Part shown: in pieces, positions 52,894 to 53,323 of the stretch
Layout of the letters: every line of letters begins with the position of its first letter
Position numbering within the stretch: position 1 is the stretch's first letter
DNA from: a bacterium
GTDB taxonomy: Bacteria > Desulfobacterota_D > UBA1144
Reading direction: 5' to 3'
Length of the DNA: 53,323 nucleotides
Assembly (NCBI GenBank): GCA_002708105.2
Contig: PAOQ02000007.1
Location: forward strand, 5,426 to 58,748
The notes under the pieces: generated by a model
Database searches by the model: none
Seen by the model: the letters and a program-made list of their open reading frames with translations, nothing else
What the model was told of the DNA's origin: nothing
Made by a program: the position numbers and the translations under genes

Positions 52894-53323
52894 GTGAAAT
52901 ATTTAATTTTATTTGTGTTTTTACTGTTGCCAATAATTTCATTCTCAATATCCAAGAATGACTGTGAAAGATTAGAAAAGAACAATAATCTTCACTGTGG
53001 ACTAAAATATTGGGATAAAAAAGCTAAAATAAGTCGTAAAGGTGTTTTACTTAAGTTTTCTTTGCATCCTGAAAATAGACTCAAAGGTTCAATCAAAAAT
53101 ACATCTGACCAAAGAAGGTATGTATATATAAGGTGGGTACTTCATGATTCCAATCTAAACCCTATTATCAGTGACTCCTATTCAATAACAATCTTAAAAC
53201 CAGACGAACAATCAAATATTGATTTTATCTTTCATGAAGAAGTTTATGATAAAGAAACTAGAATTAGTTCAAAAAAACCCTTAAACGTTGAAGGCGAATA
53301 TTTAAGACTACGGGATTTTGAAG
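52894..53323 (+). CDS. Exported hypothetical protein, truncated by the window end (FxLYD-like Ig-fold segment)
   Basis: GTG start, frame open to the end: MKYLILFVFLLLPIISFS...LKGSIKNTSDQRRYVYIRWVLHDSNLNP...LKPDEQ. Confidence 0.7.
   Translation, partial: MKYLILFVFLLLPIISFSISKNDCERLEKNNNLHCGLKYWDKKAKISRKGVLLKFSLHPENRLKGSIKNTSDQRRYVYIRWVLHDSNLNPIISDSYSITILKPDEQSNIDFIFHEEVYDKETRISSKKPLNVEGEYLRLRDFE

Noticed and set aside
52006-53323. CRISPR-Cas locus suggested by the Cas4-like nuclease
   Set aside because: No repeat-spacer array or other cas gene is visible; sequence beyond the window is unknown.

Overview
AT-rich, gene-dense bacterial chromosome segment with very short intergenic spaces, as in a streamlined genome. 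A marine, possibly Dadabacteria-like, origin is inference only. Left to right: a tRNA-Tyr/Gly/Thr-rpmG-tRNA-Trp cluster with no tuf or secE-nusG; a TCA block (acnA, icd, mdh, sdhCAB, sucC); dnaK-rpmE-gammaCA-ppx-grpE-dnaJ; a methionine/sulfur locus; assorted housekeeping genes (hemB, lpdA, ileS, ndh, hflKC); a Na+-pumping oadGAB operon; and a patchy right arm (aquaporin, cpdA, pgsA, OM beta-barrel, azurin, flavodoxin, MPGP-like HAD, UDG, hspQ, PD-(D/E)XK nuclease, several unannotated small membrane ORFs). The two best leads are (1) a hand-identified SAM-II/SAM-V-type pseudoknot riboswitch upstream of a threonine-synthase-like gene plus a ubiquitin-like sulfur carrier ending GG-VN, divergent from gloB-like/metH, and (2) a stand-alone T7-phage-polymerase-type 3'-5' exonuclease domain at the end of oadGAB. 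No CRISPR array, IS element, integrase or rRNA was seen.
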